The translations under genes and the position numbers were made by a program. The notes below the pieces were generated by a model, which saw nothing but the letters and a program-made list of their open reading frames with translations, did not search any database and had not been told where the DNA came from. A DNA stretch of 64,000 bases from an uncultured Acidobacteriota bacterium. Lineage in GTDB: Bacteria > Acidobacteriota > Thermoanaerobaculia > Multivoradales > JAHEKO01. Below are positions 53,279 through 63,765 of the stretch, in pieces (positions within the stretch are counted from its first letter, which is position 1; every line of letters starts with the position of its first letter). The DNA lies in contig CAVQNG010000003.1 of the NCBI GenBank assembly GCA_963713825.1, positions 1,152,001 through 1,216,000 of the forward strand, written 5' to 3'.

Positions 53279-53731
53279 ATGAACCAGGATCGCAGTCACA
53301 TGGAGATCCTTCGGGACCTACTCGAGTCACAGTTGCTGGGAGTCTTGGGCACTCAGCACGACGGAGAGCCGTACACGAGTCTCGTGGGATTTGTCGCGAC
53401 TCCGGATCTCAAGCAGTTGTTGTTCGCCACGGGGCGCTCGACCCGCAAGCTTGCCAACCTCGTAACGGACTCCCGTGCCTCGATGCTGGTGGACAATCGC
53501 ACCAATCGCAGTAGCGACTTCACTGAAGCGTCTGCGGCCACCGCGGTAGGAGTGGTCGAGCAAGTTGGCGGCGAAGAGCGAGCCGAGTTCGAACGGCTCT
53601 TTCTGGGCAAGCATCCTCACCTTGAGAGCTTTGTCCGGTCGCCGAGTTGCGTCTCTTTGAGGCTGCGAGTGTCGGTCTATATGGTCGCAACCCATTTTCA
53701 GCACGTCATCGAGCTTCACATCGATCCATGA
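53279..53731 (+). CDS. Pyridoxamine 5'-phosphate oxidase-like (split barrel) protein
   Basis: 'VLGT...GEPYTSLV.F', 'FAT.RSTRK..NL', 'LVDNR'. Confidence 0.85.
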   Translation: MNQDRSHMEILRDLLESQLLGVLGTQHDGEPYTSLVGFVATPDLKQLLFATGRSTRKLANLVTDSRASMLVDNRTNRSSDFTEASAATAVGVVEQVGGEERAEFERLFLGKHPHLESFVRSPSCVSLRLRVSVYMVATHFQHVIELHIDP

Positions 53732-55902
53732 AGCTGATCGTCGGCCTCGACGAAGTCACCGATGCCGATGGCTTCCGGGTCGGCGGCAAAGCGATTGCTC
53801 TGGCTGCACTGCACCGCTCGGGTCGTGCGGTCCCACCCACCGTCTGTCTAACCACCGAGGCTTACGAGCTCTTTGTGGAGCAAGCCTCGCTGCGAGCGGT
53901 GATCCACCAGGAATTGGGCCGTAAGAGCTTTGCCGACATGCGTTGGGAGGAGATCTGGGATGCAGCGCTTCGTATCCGGAGCCGTTTCCTCAGGGCTGCG
54001 ATACCGGAGCCGGTCGTGGCGGCGTTGAAGGAGCATCTGGCGACGGGGCTTCCAGATCGCCGCCTCGCCGTGCGTTCGTCAGCCCCCGGTGAAGATTCCC
54101 AGGCGACTTCCTTTGCCGGCCTCCACGATTCCTTTGTCGGTGTGCGCGGGCTGCCGGTCATGACCGAGGCCGTTCGGAAGGTTTGGGCCTCCTTGTGGAC
54201 TGACCGTGCTCTGCTGTATCGGCGTGAGCTCGGGATCGATGTCGACTCGAGCGCCATGGCAGTGCTCATCCAGAGCCTTGTTGAGGGTCCCGTCTCCGGG
54301 ATCGCATTCGGCGCTCATCCCAACGATCCCGATCTGGTGGCGGTCGAGGCCGTCTACGGACTCAACCAGGGGCTGGTGGACGGCAGTATCGAGCCGGATC
54401 GCTGGAGTCTGGAGCGTCAGACTGCGCGCGTGGTGGAACATGTCGCACCGGCCGAGCGGCAGCGCCTCGTCGCCCGCGGCACCGAGACAGAGGTCGAATC
54501 GGTGCCAATCAGCATGGCCTCGATACCCCCTCTGGGCGACTCGCAGCTGGTCGAGGTCTTCGAAGCAGTACGGGCCACGGAGGATCTGTTCGGCGCACCG
54601 CAAGATGTCGAGTGGACGTTTTCCGATGACCACCTGGTGTTACTCCAGTCACGGCCCGTCACCACGGCGACCGCGGGTGTCGGTGACAAGCGAGCCTGGT
54701 ATCTCAGCCTGACTCGCAGCCTTCAGAGCCTGCTTGTCTTGCGCGATCGTGTCGAGACCGAGCTGCTGCCGGCGATGGATCGTGAGGCGGCCGATATGGG
54801 GAGTCGAGACCTTGGCGCACTCGATACAGCCGAGCTCGTAGAGGAGATCGAGAAGCGACGGAGGGCACACGACCGATGGGTGGAGGTTTACTCCCGCGAC
54901 TTCATCCCTCTCGCCCATGGCATTCGACTCTTCGGCCAGTTCTACAACGATGTCGTTGGTCCCGAGGACCCCTACGAGTTCATGACGCTGCTTGCCGCGA
55001 CACCCTTGCTGAGCGTGCAGCGCAATCGAGAGCTCGCTCGTTTGGCCTCGAAGGTGCGAGAAGACTCGGAATTGCGCCGACAGCTCCAGGCAGGCGGCTT
55101 GGGGGATGCCAAATTTGAGCAGGAGCTCGACGAGTTCACTCTCGAGTTCGGTGAGGTTACCTTCGGGTCTCAGAGGTGTTTCGGTAACCGTGCGCGAGTG
55201 GTCCGGTTCCTGCTCAGGTTGGCCGAGGTACCGACGCTGGCCGAGTCGAGCGCGGAGGGTGACGTCGAGTCGCTGAACGAAAGGTTCTTTGCCGCTGTGG
55301 CCGACGAGAGACATGTCATGGCGCGTCAGCTGCTCGAGCTCGGTCGTTCCAGCTATCGCCTGCGAGACGATGACAACATTCACCTCGCCCGCCTCGAAGC
55401 GCTGGTCCTCGATGCCGTTGGTGAGGGGCACAGCAGGCTCCGCATGAATGGGCCGGGAGCTGAGCAGTCGCTGAATCTGGAGCAGGTAGTGGCTGCGTTG
55501 CGGCACCCGAATCTGGTCGTCGAGCCGAGGCCGGAACAGGCACAGACTCCGGTGGAGGAGGGCTTTCGAGCTCGACCCCGCCAACTCGTGGGGCAGCCGG
55601 CCGGTCCTGGAGTTGCGACCGGCGCAGCCAGGGTGATCGAAACCGCTGATGATCTGTTCCGATTTCAGGCCGGCGAGGTCCTGGTGTGTGATGCCGTCGA
55701 TCCCAACATGACCTTCGTCGTGCCGATGGCAAGCGCGGTGATCGAACGGCGTGGCGGGATGCTGATCCACGGTGCAATCATCGCCCGCGAGTATGGTTTG
55801 CCCTGTGTGACGGGCGTGCCCGAGGTGACCAGCTTGATCTCCAACGGCGACCCTCTGACCGTCGACGGGTACCTGGGAATAGTCACAGTCTCCCGAGATT
55901 GA
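53728..55902 (+). CDS. PEP-utilising enzyme family protein (ATP-grasp, middle domain, C-terminal phospho-His swivel; rifamycin-phosphotransferase-like layout)
   Basis: 'VGGKA', 'AVRSSAPGED..ATSFAG', 'QDVEW', 'LQSRPVT', 'GGMLIHGAIIAREYG'; ATGA overlap with upstream gene. Confidence 0.85.
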   Translation: MKLIVGLDEVTDADGFRVGGKAIALAALHRSGRAVPPTVCLTTEAYELFVEQASLRAVIHQELGRKSFADMRWEEIWDAALRIRSRFLRAAIPEPVVAALKEHLATGLPDRRLAVRSSAPGEDSQATSFAGLHDSFVGVRGLPVMTEAVRKVWASLWTDRALLYRRELGIDVDSSAMAVLIQSLVEGPVSGIAFGAHPNDPDLVAVEAVYGLNQGLVDGSIEPDRWSLERQTARVVEHVAPAERQRLVARGTETEVESVPISMASIPPLGDSQLVEVFEAVRATEDLFGAPQDVEWTFSDDHLVLLQSRPVTTATAGVGDKRAWYLSLTRSLQSLLVLRDRVETELLPAMDREAADMGSRDLGALDTAELVEEIEKRRRAHDRWVEVYSRDFIPLAHGIRLFGQFYNDVVGPEDPYEFMTLLAATPLLSVQRNRELARLASKVREDSELRRQLQAGGLGDAKFEQELDEFTLEFGEVTFGSQRCFGNRARVVRFLLRLAEVPTLAESSAEGDVESLNERFFAAVADERHVMARQLLELGRSSYRLRDDDNIHLARLEALVLDAVGEGHSRLRMNGPGAEQSLNLEQVVAALRHPNLVVEPRPEQAQTPVEEGFRARPRQLVGQPAGPGVATGAARVIETADDLFRFQAGEVLVCDAVDPNMTFVVPMASAVIERRGGMLIHGAIIAREYGLPCVTGVPEVTSLISNGDPLTVDGYLGIVTVSRD

Positions 55903-55993
55903 ATCGACTCCAAGAAATGGCTACCCACAGCAGTGATTTCGAAAGCTGCCGAGAGCGGGCAGTGGCCACGCGAGAAACGGCGATTCGAGTGAA

Positions 55994-56878
55994 TCAGTGC
56001 TCGGCTCGGCAGATGGCCTCCACGCCGCGGTGCTCGACACCTCGCTTGACAGTCACGGCGTAGTACGAGACCTCAGCGTCCTTCAGAACGCCAAGACTCT
56101 TGACACCATGCTGACGCTCGATTGCAGCTGCCAGGCCGGAGGGTGCGGGGAATAGGCCGAGGCCGGACTCGCTGAAAGACTTCATCAAGGCGCTGTCCTC
56201 GAACTCGCCGATGATGCGTGGCGCGACGCCGTTCGCCTCGAACCAGCGATCGAGAGAGCGACGCATGGCCGACTCGGCCGTCGGTAGGAGTACGGGAGCT
56301 TCCTCGAGAGACAACGGAAAGCCGCTCGCTCGTTGCGCCACGAGCTCGGGTGCACCGAAGAAGGCGATGTTCCATCGCGCCACTTGGTGATCGGCAGCCT
56401 TGATGGGCAGCGCTGGATCGACCGGGCTATCGAGCAAGACGACATCCAGTCGATGAGCCGCCAGCTCAGCCATCAGGCGATTCGGGGTGTCTTGCCGACA
56501 GATCAATCGCATCTCTGGATAGAGCTTCATTACTGGTTGGAGGACACGGGAAGCGGCCAGCTTCGGGACCGCGTCGGCGATGCCAACCTGAAGTAGTCGG
56601 GGTCCGGTTGTGCTCCATCCGTGTATCGCATGCGTCATCTCGCGCCCGAGGGCAAAGATCTCCTCGGCGTACCGGAAGGCCAACTGACCGACCTCCGAAA
56701 GGCGCAGGTTGCGACCCACTCGATTGAACAGCTGCACTCCCTGAGCTTCCTCCAACTGGCCGATCTGGGCGCTGATCGTCGACGGAGAGACATCCAGAGA
56801 ATCGCTTGCATGAGAGATCCCGCCCTCGCGAGCCACAATCCAGAAGTAGTACAGGTGGTGGTAGTTGAGAGGGGGCAT
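55994..56878 (-). CDS. nhaR: LysR-family activator NhaR
   Basis: 'LNYHHLYYFW.VAREG', 'VGIADAVPK', 'GEFEDSALMK.F'. Confidence 0.85.
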   Translation of the reverse strand: MPPLNYHHLYYFWIVAREGGISHASDSLDVSPSTISAQIGQLEEAQGVQLFNRVGRNLRLSEVGQLAFRYAEEIFALGREMTHAIHGWSTTGPRLLQVGIADAVPKLAASRVLQPVMKLYPEMRLICRQDTPNRLMAELAAHRLDVVLLDSPVDPALPIKAADHQVARWNIAFFGAPELVAQRASGFPLSLEEAPVLLPTAESAMRRSLDRWFEANGVAPRIIGEFEDSALMKSFSESGLGLFPAPSGLAAAIERQHGVKSLGVLKDAEVSYYAVTVKRGVEHRGVEAICRAEH

Positions 56879-56893
56879 GATGAGCCTCTTTCT

Positions 56894-56908
56894 TTCGGAA
56901 AATACGAA
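56894..56908. promoter_or_regulatory. Putative LysR (T-N11-A) binding site
   Basis: TTCG-N7-CGAA palindrome in the AT-rich divergent intergenic region. Confidence 0.5.
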
Positions 56909-57002
56909 TAATCCATTCGTTCATTCTGTCTTGTTCACTATTCTACATTCGCCTAGAGTCCTTTTCGGCAGATCGACAACTCTTGCCGAAAGGAGACAAG
57001 TC

Positions 57003-57962
57003 ATGAAGAGATTCAAGAAGATCCTCTGCTACGTGGGCGGTCCTGCTGACCCATCCTCCGGTCTGAACAGCGCCGCAGATTTGGCCGAGCGCAACGACGC
57101 CCACTTGACGCTGATGGATGTCCTACCCGAATCGACCGAGAGCGCGTGGCTCACCCTTCCCGGCAAGCCAGAACTCGAGGAGATGGTGGTGACATCACGC
57201 ATTCAAGACCTCGAGGAGATGGCAGCCGGCCTTCGTTCGCACGGTTTGCAGGTAGCCACGGTCGTGACGAAGGGCAGCCCCTTTGTCGAGCTGACTCGTC
57301 GGGTGGTCGTGGAGGAGCACGATCTCGTAATCAAGACCGCGCAGGGTCTGGAGAGCCGACTCGGTGGGTTGCTTGGCACGACAGCGCTGCACCTCATGCG
57401 TAAGTGCCCAGCCCCGGTCTGGGTAGTGAAGCCACCAACCGCCGAGCTGTTTGGTCGCGTGATTGCGGCGGTCGATCCAAGGCCCGACCGACCGGGCGAC
57501 GACCTGCTAGGCATCAAGGTGCTGGAATTGGCGTCTTCGCTTGCCGAGGCGAGCGGCAGCAAGCTCCACGTGGTCCATGCTTGGTGGCTCCACTCCGAGG
57601 CCATGCTGCGCAGTCGGCGCATCAACCTGCCTCCGGCCGAAGTCGACGGTCTTCTGCGTGATGTCCGTGGCTCCGCCGAACAATCCCTCGACGCCCTGGT
57701 AGGCCGCGTCGACCTCAGCCGGGTCCCGCACGAGATCCACATTGTCAAGGGGCAGCCTTACGAAGTCATCAGCGGTTTCGCCTCGCAGTCGGATGTCGCC
57801 GTGATCGGAACCATGTCCCGCGGTGGCGTCGATGGCCTGCTGATCGGCAATACAGCCGAGCGCATACTTCGACGAGTGGACTGCTCGGTTGTGGCTGTCA
57901 AGCCCGAAGGGTTTCTGACACCCCTGCGCTTCGAAGAAGTTGTGGAGGAGGCCACAGTCTGA
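57003..57962 (+). CDS. Tandem universal stress protein (UspE-like)
   Basis: 'MKRFKKIL', 'HLMRKCPAPVWVVK', 'IGNTAERIL..VDCSVVAVKP'. Confidence 0.9.
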   Translation: MKRFKKILCYVGGPADPSSGLNSAADLAERNDAHLTLMDVLPESTESAWLTLPGKPELEEMVVTSRIQDLEEMAAGLRSHGLQVATVVTKGSPFVELTRRVVVEEHDLVIKTAQGLESRLGGLLGTTALHLMRKCPAPVWVVKPPTAELFGRVIAAVDPRPDRPGDDLLGIKVLELASSLAEASGSKLHVVHAWWLHSEAMLRSRRINLPPAEVDGLLRDVRGSAEQSLDALVGRVDLSRVPHEIHIVKGQPYEVISGFASQSDVAVIGTMSRGGVDGLLIGNTAERILRRVDCSVVAVKPEGFLTPLRFEEVVEEATV

Positions 57963-57980
57963 ATCGGTGAACCGCTGTAG

Positions 57981-58475
57981 ATGTCAGATCAGTGGATTAT
58001 AGGAGGCATCATGGGATTCGAACCGCAGCAGGATCCGCTCTTGCGCGTCTCACAGCGCCTGATACTGATTTCGGTGCGAGCACTCGTGCTACTGATGACC
58101 GGGGTGATTGTCTGGGGTGTGGCGGATGTCATCTGGGTGCTGTACGAGCGACTGCGCGAGCCGCCGGTGATGCTGCTGACGATCAGTGACATTCTGTCGA
58201 CCTTCGGCGCCTTCATTGCGGTCATGATCGCTATCGAGATCTTCGAGAATCTGACCATCTATTTGCGGCAGAACGTGATCGAGGTGGAGTTGGTCATGGC
58301 CACAGGACTGATGGCGATCGCACGCAAGGTGATCGTGCTCGACTACAAAGAGCTGAGCCCCGAGTATGTCTGGGCCACAGCCGGCGTGGTGCTGGCAATG
58401 AGCATTGGCTACTGGCTGGTCAAGCGGCAGTCGGACCGCGACACCAGCGATGCATACGCGGGTGACAGGTCTTGA
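57981..58475 (+). CDS. PsiE-family membrane protein
   Basis: 'IAIEIFENLT.YL', 'MAIARKVIVLD'. Confidence 0.8.
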   Translation: MSDQWIIGGIMGFEPQQDPLLRVSQRLILISVRALVLLMTGVIVWGVADVIWVLYERLREPPVMLLTISDILSTFGAFIAVMIAIEIFENLTIYLRQNVIEVELVMATGLMAIARKVIVLDYKELSPEYVWATAGVVLAMSIGYWLVKRQSDRDTSDAYAGDRS

Positions 58476-61252
58476 GCGACTGGAGCGCTGTCTGGGCGAC
58501 CTTGCTGGTGGCGGCTCCGGCCTTGGCTGGCGTCGTCATCGCCGGGTGTCGGATGTTGCCGAGGCAGGCGACGCTCTGGGCGATGGGTGCTTCGGCACTC
58601 TCGCTGGCCACAGCGGCCGGGTTGCTCCTACAACCTCCACGCCGTGCCTCGATGCTTTGGAGCTGGGCTCCCGAGCTCCATCTGGAGGTGAGCTGGCGGC
58701 TCGATATTGCCACCTTGGCTCTGGCGGTGCTGGTGGCAGGAATTGGCTTGCTCGTTCTTCAGTACTCGGGCAGCTACTTCGGCACCAGCCGCGAGTCGGG
58801 CCGGACGATTGCTCTACTCGCTGGATTCGAGTCGGCCATGCTGGGTCTGATACTGGCCGACAACCTCCTCCTGCTGTACGTTTTTTGGGAGCTGACCGGA
58901 CTGTGCTCGTTCTTCTTGATCAGCAGCGACCGTTCCAAGGGCGAACTTGGTTTGCGGGCGGCGAGCCAGGCTCTCCTGATAACGGCTGCGGGCGGGTTGT
59001 CCATGCTGATCGGGATGCTTTACTTGATCGCGCAGACGGGAACCTCCAGCCTGACCGCGCTGCTGCAGCTCGATCTCGAGCCCAAGACGCAGACCGTGGC
59101 TCTTGCCCTACTGCTGCCAGCGGTTCTGACCAAGAGCGCCCAAGTGCCGACCCACTTTTGGCTGCCGGGTGCGATGACGGCCCCGACACCTGTCTCGGCC
59201 TACCTGCACTCGGCAACGATGGTCAAAGCCGGCATAATCCTGCTGCTGTACTTCTTCCCGTTGCTTGGCAGCTCGCCGCTCTGGGCATGGGTTCTGCTGC
59301 CGGTGGGGGCGGCCACGTGCGTCTGGGGAAGTCTGCGGGCCCTGGTCCAGAGCGACATCAAGCTGCTGATGGCCTGGTCGACGGTGTCTCAGTTGGGCCT
59401 GATCACCCTGACGATCGGCCTGGGGACCGACATCGCGATTCGGGCTGCGATCCTGCACCTGTTTGCCCACGCCGTCTTCAAGGCAGGGCTCTTCCTGACC
59501 GTCGGCGGGGTGGACCACGCGGCTCATACCCGCTCGTTGCTCGAGTTGGGGGGGCTGCGGCATCGAACCCCTCTGCTGGCGCTGGCGGCCGCAGTGCTGG
59601 CGGGGTCGATGGCGGGCATCCCACCGCTTGCTGGTTTCCTCTCCAAGGAGCTGATCCTGAAGAAGGCTATGCTGGGCGAGCTTTGGGTGCACTCGCTGGC
59701 GGTTGGGGGGATCGTGCTCGGATCGGTGGGGACCGTCGCCTACTCGAGCCGCTTTTTTTTCGAGGTCTTCACCGGCCGGGCGCGCAGCGAGAAAGCAGAC
59801 AAGGCAGAACGGCTGTGCGCCGGGTTGCTGCTGGCACCGGTGGTGCTGGCTACGATCACGGTGTTGGCTGGTCCGGCCGCGCCCTGGCTCGACCGCTGGT
59901 TTCTCGAGCCGGTGGCTTTCTCGATCGTCGGTGCACCGCTCGAGGTCAAGCCTCTCTCGCTCTGGTATGGCGTCAATGCGGCGCTGCTGCTGAGCGTTGC
60001 CGTCGTTTCGGTGGGTTTCGTCATCGATCGCTGGCTGGGCTTGAGATTCCTGGGGACGCCAACCAGGCGCTGGTGGCACGGTGCAGAGTTGTTCGACTCC
60101 TGGATGCGACAGGCCCAGAAGCTCGGTGACTATGTCGTCGAGGTAACGTCCGGAGCCTCTCCGAGGGTGTACATGGCGATTGCCGCAGCCTGCGGCCTTC
60201 TGCCGGGTCTGGCCCTGGCACCAGCACTGGCGGAAGTCGAATGGAGATCGCCGCTGCCTGCTGGTGCAATAGCTGTGGCCGCATTGTTCGCTCTGCTCGT
60301 ATTCCTGTTGGCCGCGCGCCGACCGCTGCCAAGAATACTGATTCTGACGGCGATCGGGTTTGCCGTGGCGATGCTGTTCAAGTTGGCGCACGGGCCGGAT
60401 CTGATGCTTACGCAGTTGCTGGTCGAAGTGCTGGTGACCTTCTTTTTCGCTCTGGCGCTCTTGATCTTACCGGGGAGTTCCCGGAGTTCGATTCCTACCC
60501 GAGAGCGCCCCGACCGCTGGTGGCGGGGCACTCTCGCCGTTGCCAGCGGCCTGGCCGCCGCATCTTGTATGGCCGCCCTCTCGGCGGTCGAGAAAGACAA
60601 TCATGTCGCGAATTTCATTCGTGAAGTGGTGCCGCCGATTGCCAAGGGAGACAACCTTGTCAACGTCGTCCTGACCGACGTGCGGTCTGTCGATACCTTG
60701 ATGGAGACCATGGTCGTGGTCCTCGGGGCCCTTGGGGTTGTCGGCCTCTTGAAGGGGAGAGAGCGCGCCGACAGGCGACGAGTCGATGGCGATACAAGGA
60801 TGGCTGTCTCAATGACAGCAGGCCTCTTGCCTGGCCTGGCAAGGGCGATCTTGCCGATCGGAGCCTTGTTTGCGCTAACGATGCTGTTCAAGGGGCACAA
60901 CGATCCAGGGGGGGGATTTGTCGCTGGTCTCAGCCTAGGGGGCACCGCGATGATTGGACTGGTTGCATTCGGCCCCAGTTGGCTCGAGCGGCGTCTGAGG
61001 GCCTCTTTGTCCGGGTTGGCAATTGTGGGCTGCGGACTGATGTTGGTCACCGCCGGTCTCGGTCCTCTGACGGGACGCCCATTTCTGACGCAGCTGCACG
61101 GAAAGCTGTCAATCGCTGGGCTGTCCCTGCCCCTGCACACGACCCTGCTGTTCGACATCGGCGTCATGCTGGCGGTGGCCGGTGCGGTCGGCGCGGCAGG
61201 TCTGGCACTTTGGACGACTGCCGACTGCGAGCGCGAGGGAGAGCAGCGATGA
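58472..61252 (+). CDS. mrpA: Mrp Na+/H+ antiporter subunit A (fused A+B)
   Basis: 'TKSAQVP.HFWLPGAM.APTPVSAYLHSATMVKAG'; MnhB motif 'GHNDPGGGFVAGL'. Confidence 0.92.
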   Translation: MSDWSAVWATLLVAAPALAGVVIAGCRMLPRQATLWAMGASALSLATAAGLLLQPPRRASMLWSWAPELHLEVSWRLDIATLALAVLVAGIGLLVLQYSGSYFGTSRESGRTIALLAGFESAMLGLILADNLLLLYVFWELTGLCSFFLISSDRSKGELGLRAASQALLITAAGGLSMLIGMLYLIAQTGTSSLTALLQLDLEPKTQTVALALLLPAVLTKSAQVPTHFWLPGAMTAPTPVSAYLHSATMVKAGIILLLYFFPLLGSSPLWAWVLLPVGAATCVWGSLRALVQSDIKLLMAWSTVSQLGLITLTIGLGTDIAIRAAILHLFAHAVFKAGLFLTVGGVDHAAHTRSLLELGGLRHRTPLLALAAAVLAGSMAGIPPLAGFLSKELILKKAMLGELWVHSLAVGGIVLGSVGTVAYSSRFFFEVFTGRARSEKADKAERLCAGLLLAPVVLATITVLAGPAAPWLDRWFLEPVAFSIVGAPLEVKPLSLWYGVNAALLLSVAVVSVGFVIDRWLGLRFLGTPTRRWWHGAELFDSWMRQAQKLGDYVVEVTSGASPRVYMAIAAACGLLPGLALAPALAEVEWRSPLPAGAIAVAALFALLVFLLAARRPLPRILILTAIGFAVAMLFKLAHGPDLMLTQLLVEVLVTFFFALALLILPGSSRSSIPTRERPDRWWRGTLAVASGLAAASCMAALSAVEKDNHVANFIREVVPPIAKGDNLVNVVLTDVRSVDTLMETMVVVLGALGVVGLLKGRERADRRRVDGDTRMAVSMTAGLLPGLARAILPIGALFALTMLFKGHNDPGGGFVAGLSLGGTAMIGLVAFGPSWLERRLRASLSGLAIVGCGLMLVTAGLGPLTGRPFLTQLHGKLSIAGLSLPLHTTLLFDIGVMLAVAGAVGAAGLALWTTADCEREGEQR

Positions 61253-61644
61253 CGCCTGTGTTGACCCTGGCGGTGGGGTTGCTAGCTGGCGTGGGGGTCT
61301 ACCTCGTGCTGGCGCGCAAGGTCTTCTCCGTGATTCTCGGCCTCTCTCTGCTAGCCCACGCGGCGAACCTGGTAATGCTCGGTGCCGGCGAATCTGCGGA
61401 GAGGGCACCCATCGTCACCGAGGGTGTCGAACGCCACCTCTTGGCGGATCCGGTGCCGCAGGCCCTTGTGCTGACAGCGATTGTGATTTCAATGGCGGTC
61501 ACCCTGTATCTACTGGCCGCGTTTGCGGAAGGTGCCCGGATTCTGGGCACTGACGAGATGGTGAGGGCCTCGGTAAGCGACGCCGAATCCGATCAGGAGT
61601 TGGTGCGCATGGAGCTTGCTGGACAGGGCAGGGAAGAGGCGTGA
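61249..61644 (+). CDS. mrpC: Mrp antiporter subunit C
   Basis: 'ADPVPQALVLTAIVIS'. Confidence 0.92.
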   Translation: MTPVLTLAVGLLAGVGVYLVLARKVFSVILGLSLLAHAANLVMLGAGESAERAPIVTEGVERHLLADPVPQALVLTAIVISMAVTLYLLAAFAEGARILGTDEMVRASVSDAESDQELVRMELAGQGREEA

Positions 61645-63140
61645 GCTGGCTTCTGGCAGTGGTGTGGGTGGTCCCCGCTGTTGTTGGCCAGACTCTCTGG
61701 TTGCTACCCCGGGGCTCGGCCTGGCAGGTGCCGCTGGCAAGGTCTGCGGCCCTAGGGCAGATGGTCTTGGCGCTCGTGCTGCTCAACGCCACAGCCGCGG
61801 GTGAAGTCCTGGTGCATGAGTTCGGCAACTGGTCAGCTCCTTTCGGCATCGTCATTTTCGCCGACCGATTGTCCGGTCTCCTCGTGTTGCTACAGTCGCT
61901 ACTGCTAGCGGTCACAGCGTGGGTGCTGCGACCAGCGGTGCACGGCAGTCGCTCGGTTGAGCGGGCATTGCCGATACTCTTTCTGCTCTCTTTCGGTCTG
62001 AACGGAGCATTTCTGACCGGCGACCTCTTCAATCTCTTCGTCGCCTTCGAAGTCGTCCTGCTCGCATCGTATCTGCTGATTCAAGTTCCGGGCACCGAAC
62101 GGTCGCTGCGAGCGGCGTTTCCCAACGTAGCCATCAATCTACTGGCTTCCCTCTTCTTCTTTGTCGGTGTGGGATTGCTCTATGGACAGTACGGAACAGT
62201 CAATCTGGTGGACCTTGCGCTGCGCATGGCGAGCGGACCGACGACCCTGGCCGTTGTCGCCTGCGGACTGCTGAGCGTCGCCTTCGCCATCAAGGCCGGC
62301 GTGGTACCGCTGCTGTTCTGGCTGCCGGCGACCTATCCGACTTTCTCCGGGCCCGTGGCGGCGCTATTCGCTGGCATGATGACCAAACTCGGGTTCTTCG
62401 CGCTATTGCGAACTGTGCCGCTGTTGATGCCTCAGACACAGATTCCAGCCGTGCTGGTCATCGTTGGCGCCGCCTCGGCGCTGCTGGGGGTCTTGGCGGC
62501 GCTGTCGGAATACGAGCTGCGACGCCTTCTCGGCTTTCACATCGTCTCTCAGGTCGGCTACATGGTGCTCGGTCTTGGGCTGTTGACCGTGGGTGCGGTT
62601 GCAGCCTCGATCTTCTACATGATCCACCACATCGTGATCAAAACGGTGCTGTTCTTTGTGGCCGATGAGCTCGAACGCCGGAGCGGCACGAGAGATCTGA
62701 GATTGATGTTGCCGGGTCGCGCCAGAGACGGAGGCTTGGCGGTGGCCTTCCTGCTGGCAGCGTTCTCACTGGCCGGTCTGCCACCCCTTTCGGGTTTCTT
62801 CGCGAAGGTCGGCCTTTTCCAGGCGGCACTCGAGGTGGAATCGTGGGGCACGTTGGCGGTCTTGGCGATCGCTTCGTTCTTTACTCTGGCCAGTATGCTG
62901 AAGGTGTGGCGCTTCGCCTTCCACGCCGATGGAGCGGTGAGCAGTAGGGATTCCTCGAGGTTCGGATTTGCGCCGGTCTGGCTGCTGGTCGGTACTTCGA
63001 TTTTGATCGCTGTGTCTGCAGGACCAGTCTACGAGTTCGCTGAAGCGACAGCCAGGCAAATCTTGGACGTTCAATCTTATGCTCGTACCGTTCTGTCGGG
63101 CTTTGACCAAGTCGGCGTTGCGGAGCTTCCGGGATCATGA
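61641..63140 (+). CDS. mrpD: Mrp antiporter subunit D
   Basis: 'FLTGDLFNLFVAFEV', 'WLPATY', 'SLAGLPPLSGF.AK'. Confidence 0.92.
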   Translation: MSWLLAVVWVVPAVVGQTLWLLPRGSAWQVPLARSAALGQMVLALVLLNATAAGEVLVHEFGNWSAPFGIVIFADRLSGLLVLLQSLLLAVTAWVLRPAVHGSRSVERALPILFLLSFGLNGAFLTGDLFNLFVAFEVVLLASYLLIQVPGTERSLRAAFPNVAINLLASLFFFVGVGLLYGQYGTVNLVDLALRMASGPTTLAVVACGLLSVAFAIKAGVVPLLFWLPATYPTFSGPVAALFAGMMTKLGFFALLRTVPLLMPQTQIPAVLVIVGAASALLGVLAALSEYELRRLLGFHIVSQVGYMVLGLGLLTVGAVAASIFYMIHHIVIKTVLFFVADELERRSGTRDLRLMLPGRARDGGLAVAFLLAAFSLAGLPPLSGFFAKVGLFQAALEVESWGTLAVLAIASFFTLASMLKVWRFAFHADGAVSSRDSSRFGFAPVWLLVGTSILIAVSAGPVYEFAEATARQILDVQSYARTVLSGFDQVGVAELPGS

Positions 63141-63502
63141 GTCGAGATGCGAACGGGTTTTTCGTACGTCGTTGGCTGCGGCGGGCGAGCCTGGGGCTGC
63201 AACTGCTGGTACTTTTCGCTGTCGAGTTGCTGCTGGCCAACGTCCAGCAAGCAGCCCTGGTTCTCGGATGGCCGCTTCGAGTTCAGCCGCGCTGGATTCG
63301 CTTCGAGACCCGTCTTCGATCCCAGACCGCTCGGACCCTGCTGGGTGTGCTCATTTCGCTGACGCCGGGAACTCTGACCTGTGATCTCCGAGGGGAGATT
63401 CTGCTGATTCACGCTCTGAACGCCACCTCCGACGAGGAAGCGGTGGTGCGGATTCGGCAGCGCTTCGAGTCGCTGCTGTTGCGGATGGAGGAAGCCTCAT
63501 GA
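63137..63502 (+). CDS. mrpE: Mrp antiporter subunit E
   Basis: 'ISLTPGTL', 'LLIHAL', 'FE..L'. Confidence 0.88.
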   Translation: MSRDANGFFVRRWLRRASLGLQLLVLFAVELLLANVQQAALVLGWPLRVQPRWIRFETRLRSQTARTLLGVLISLTPGTLTCDLRGEILLIHALNATSDEEAVVRIRQRFESLLLRMEEAS

Positions 63503-63765
63503 GTGGACTCTTCATCACAAGCCTGCTGCTCATTGTCGGTGCCTTGCTACTGAACGGAATCCGTCTGGTTCGTGGTCCCAGCGACTTCGACCGTCTTCTC
63601 GCTGCGGAGACCGTGGTGCTGGGGTTGGTCGGGTTGTTGATGGTGGGAGGCGGTGAAGTAGACGACCGGTTCTACGTCGATGCCGCCCTGGGGCTGGCAC
63701 TGTTTTCCTTTGTCGGCACCGTAGTGTTGGCGAAGTACCTCGAGGTCAGAGGCGATGATGAGTGA
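63499..63765 (+). CDS. mrpF: Mrp antiporter subunit F
   Basis: 'RLVRGPS.FDR.LA', 'FVGTV..AKY'. Confidence 0.88.
   Translation: MSGLFITSLLLIVGALLLNGIRLVRGPSDFDRLLAAETVVLGLVGLLMVGGGEVDDRFYVDAALGLALFSFVGTVVLAKYLEVRGDDE

Noticed and set aside
53728-55902. ppsA or rph gene symbol
   Set aside because: Domain order is not that of PpsA, and rifamycin specificity cannot be read from the sequence
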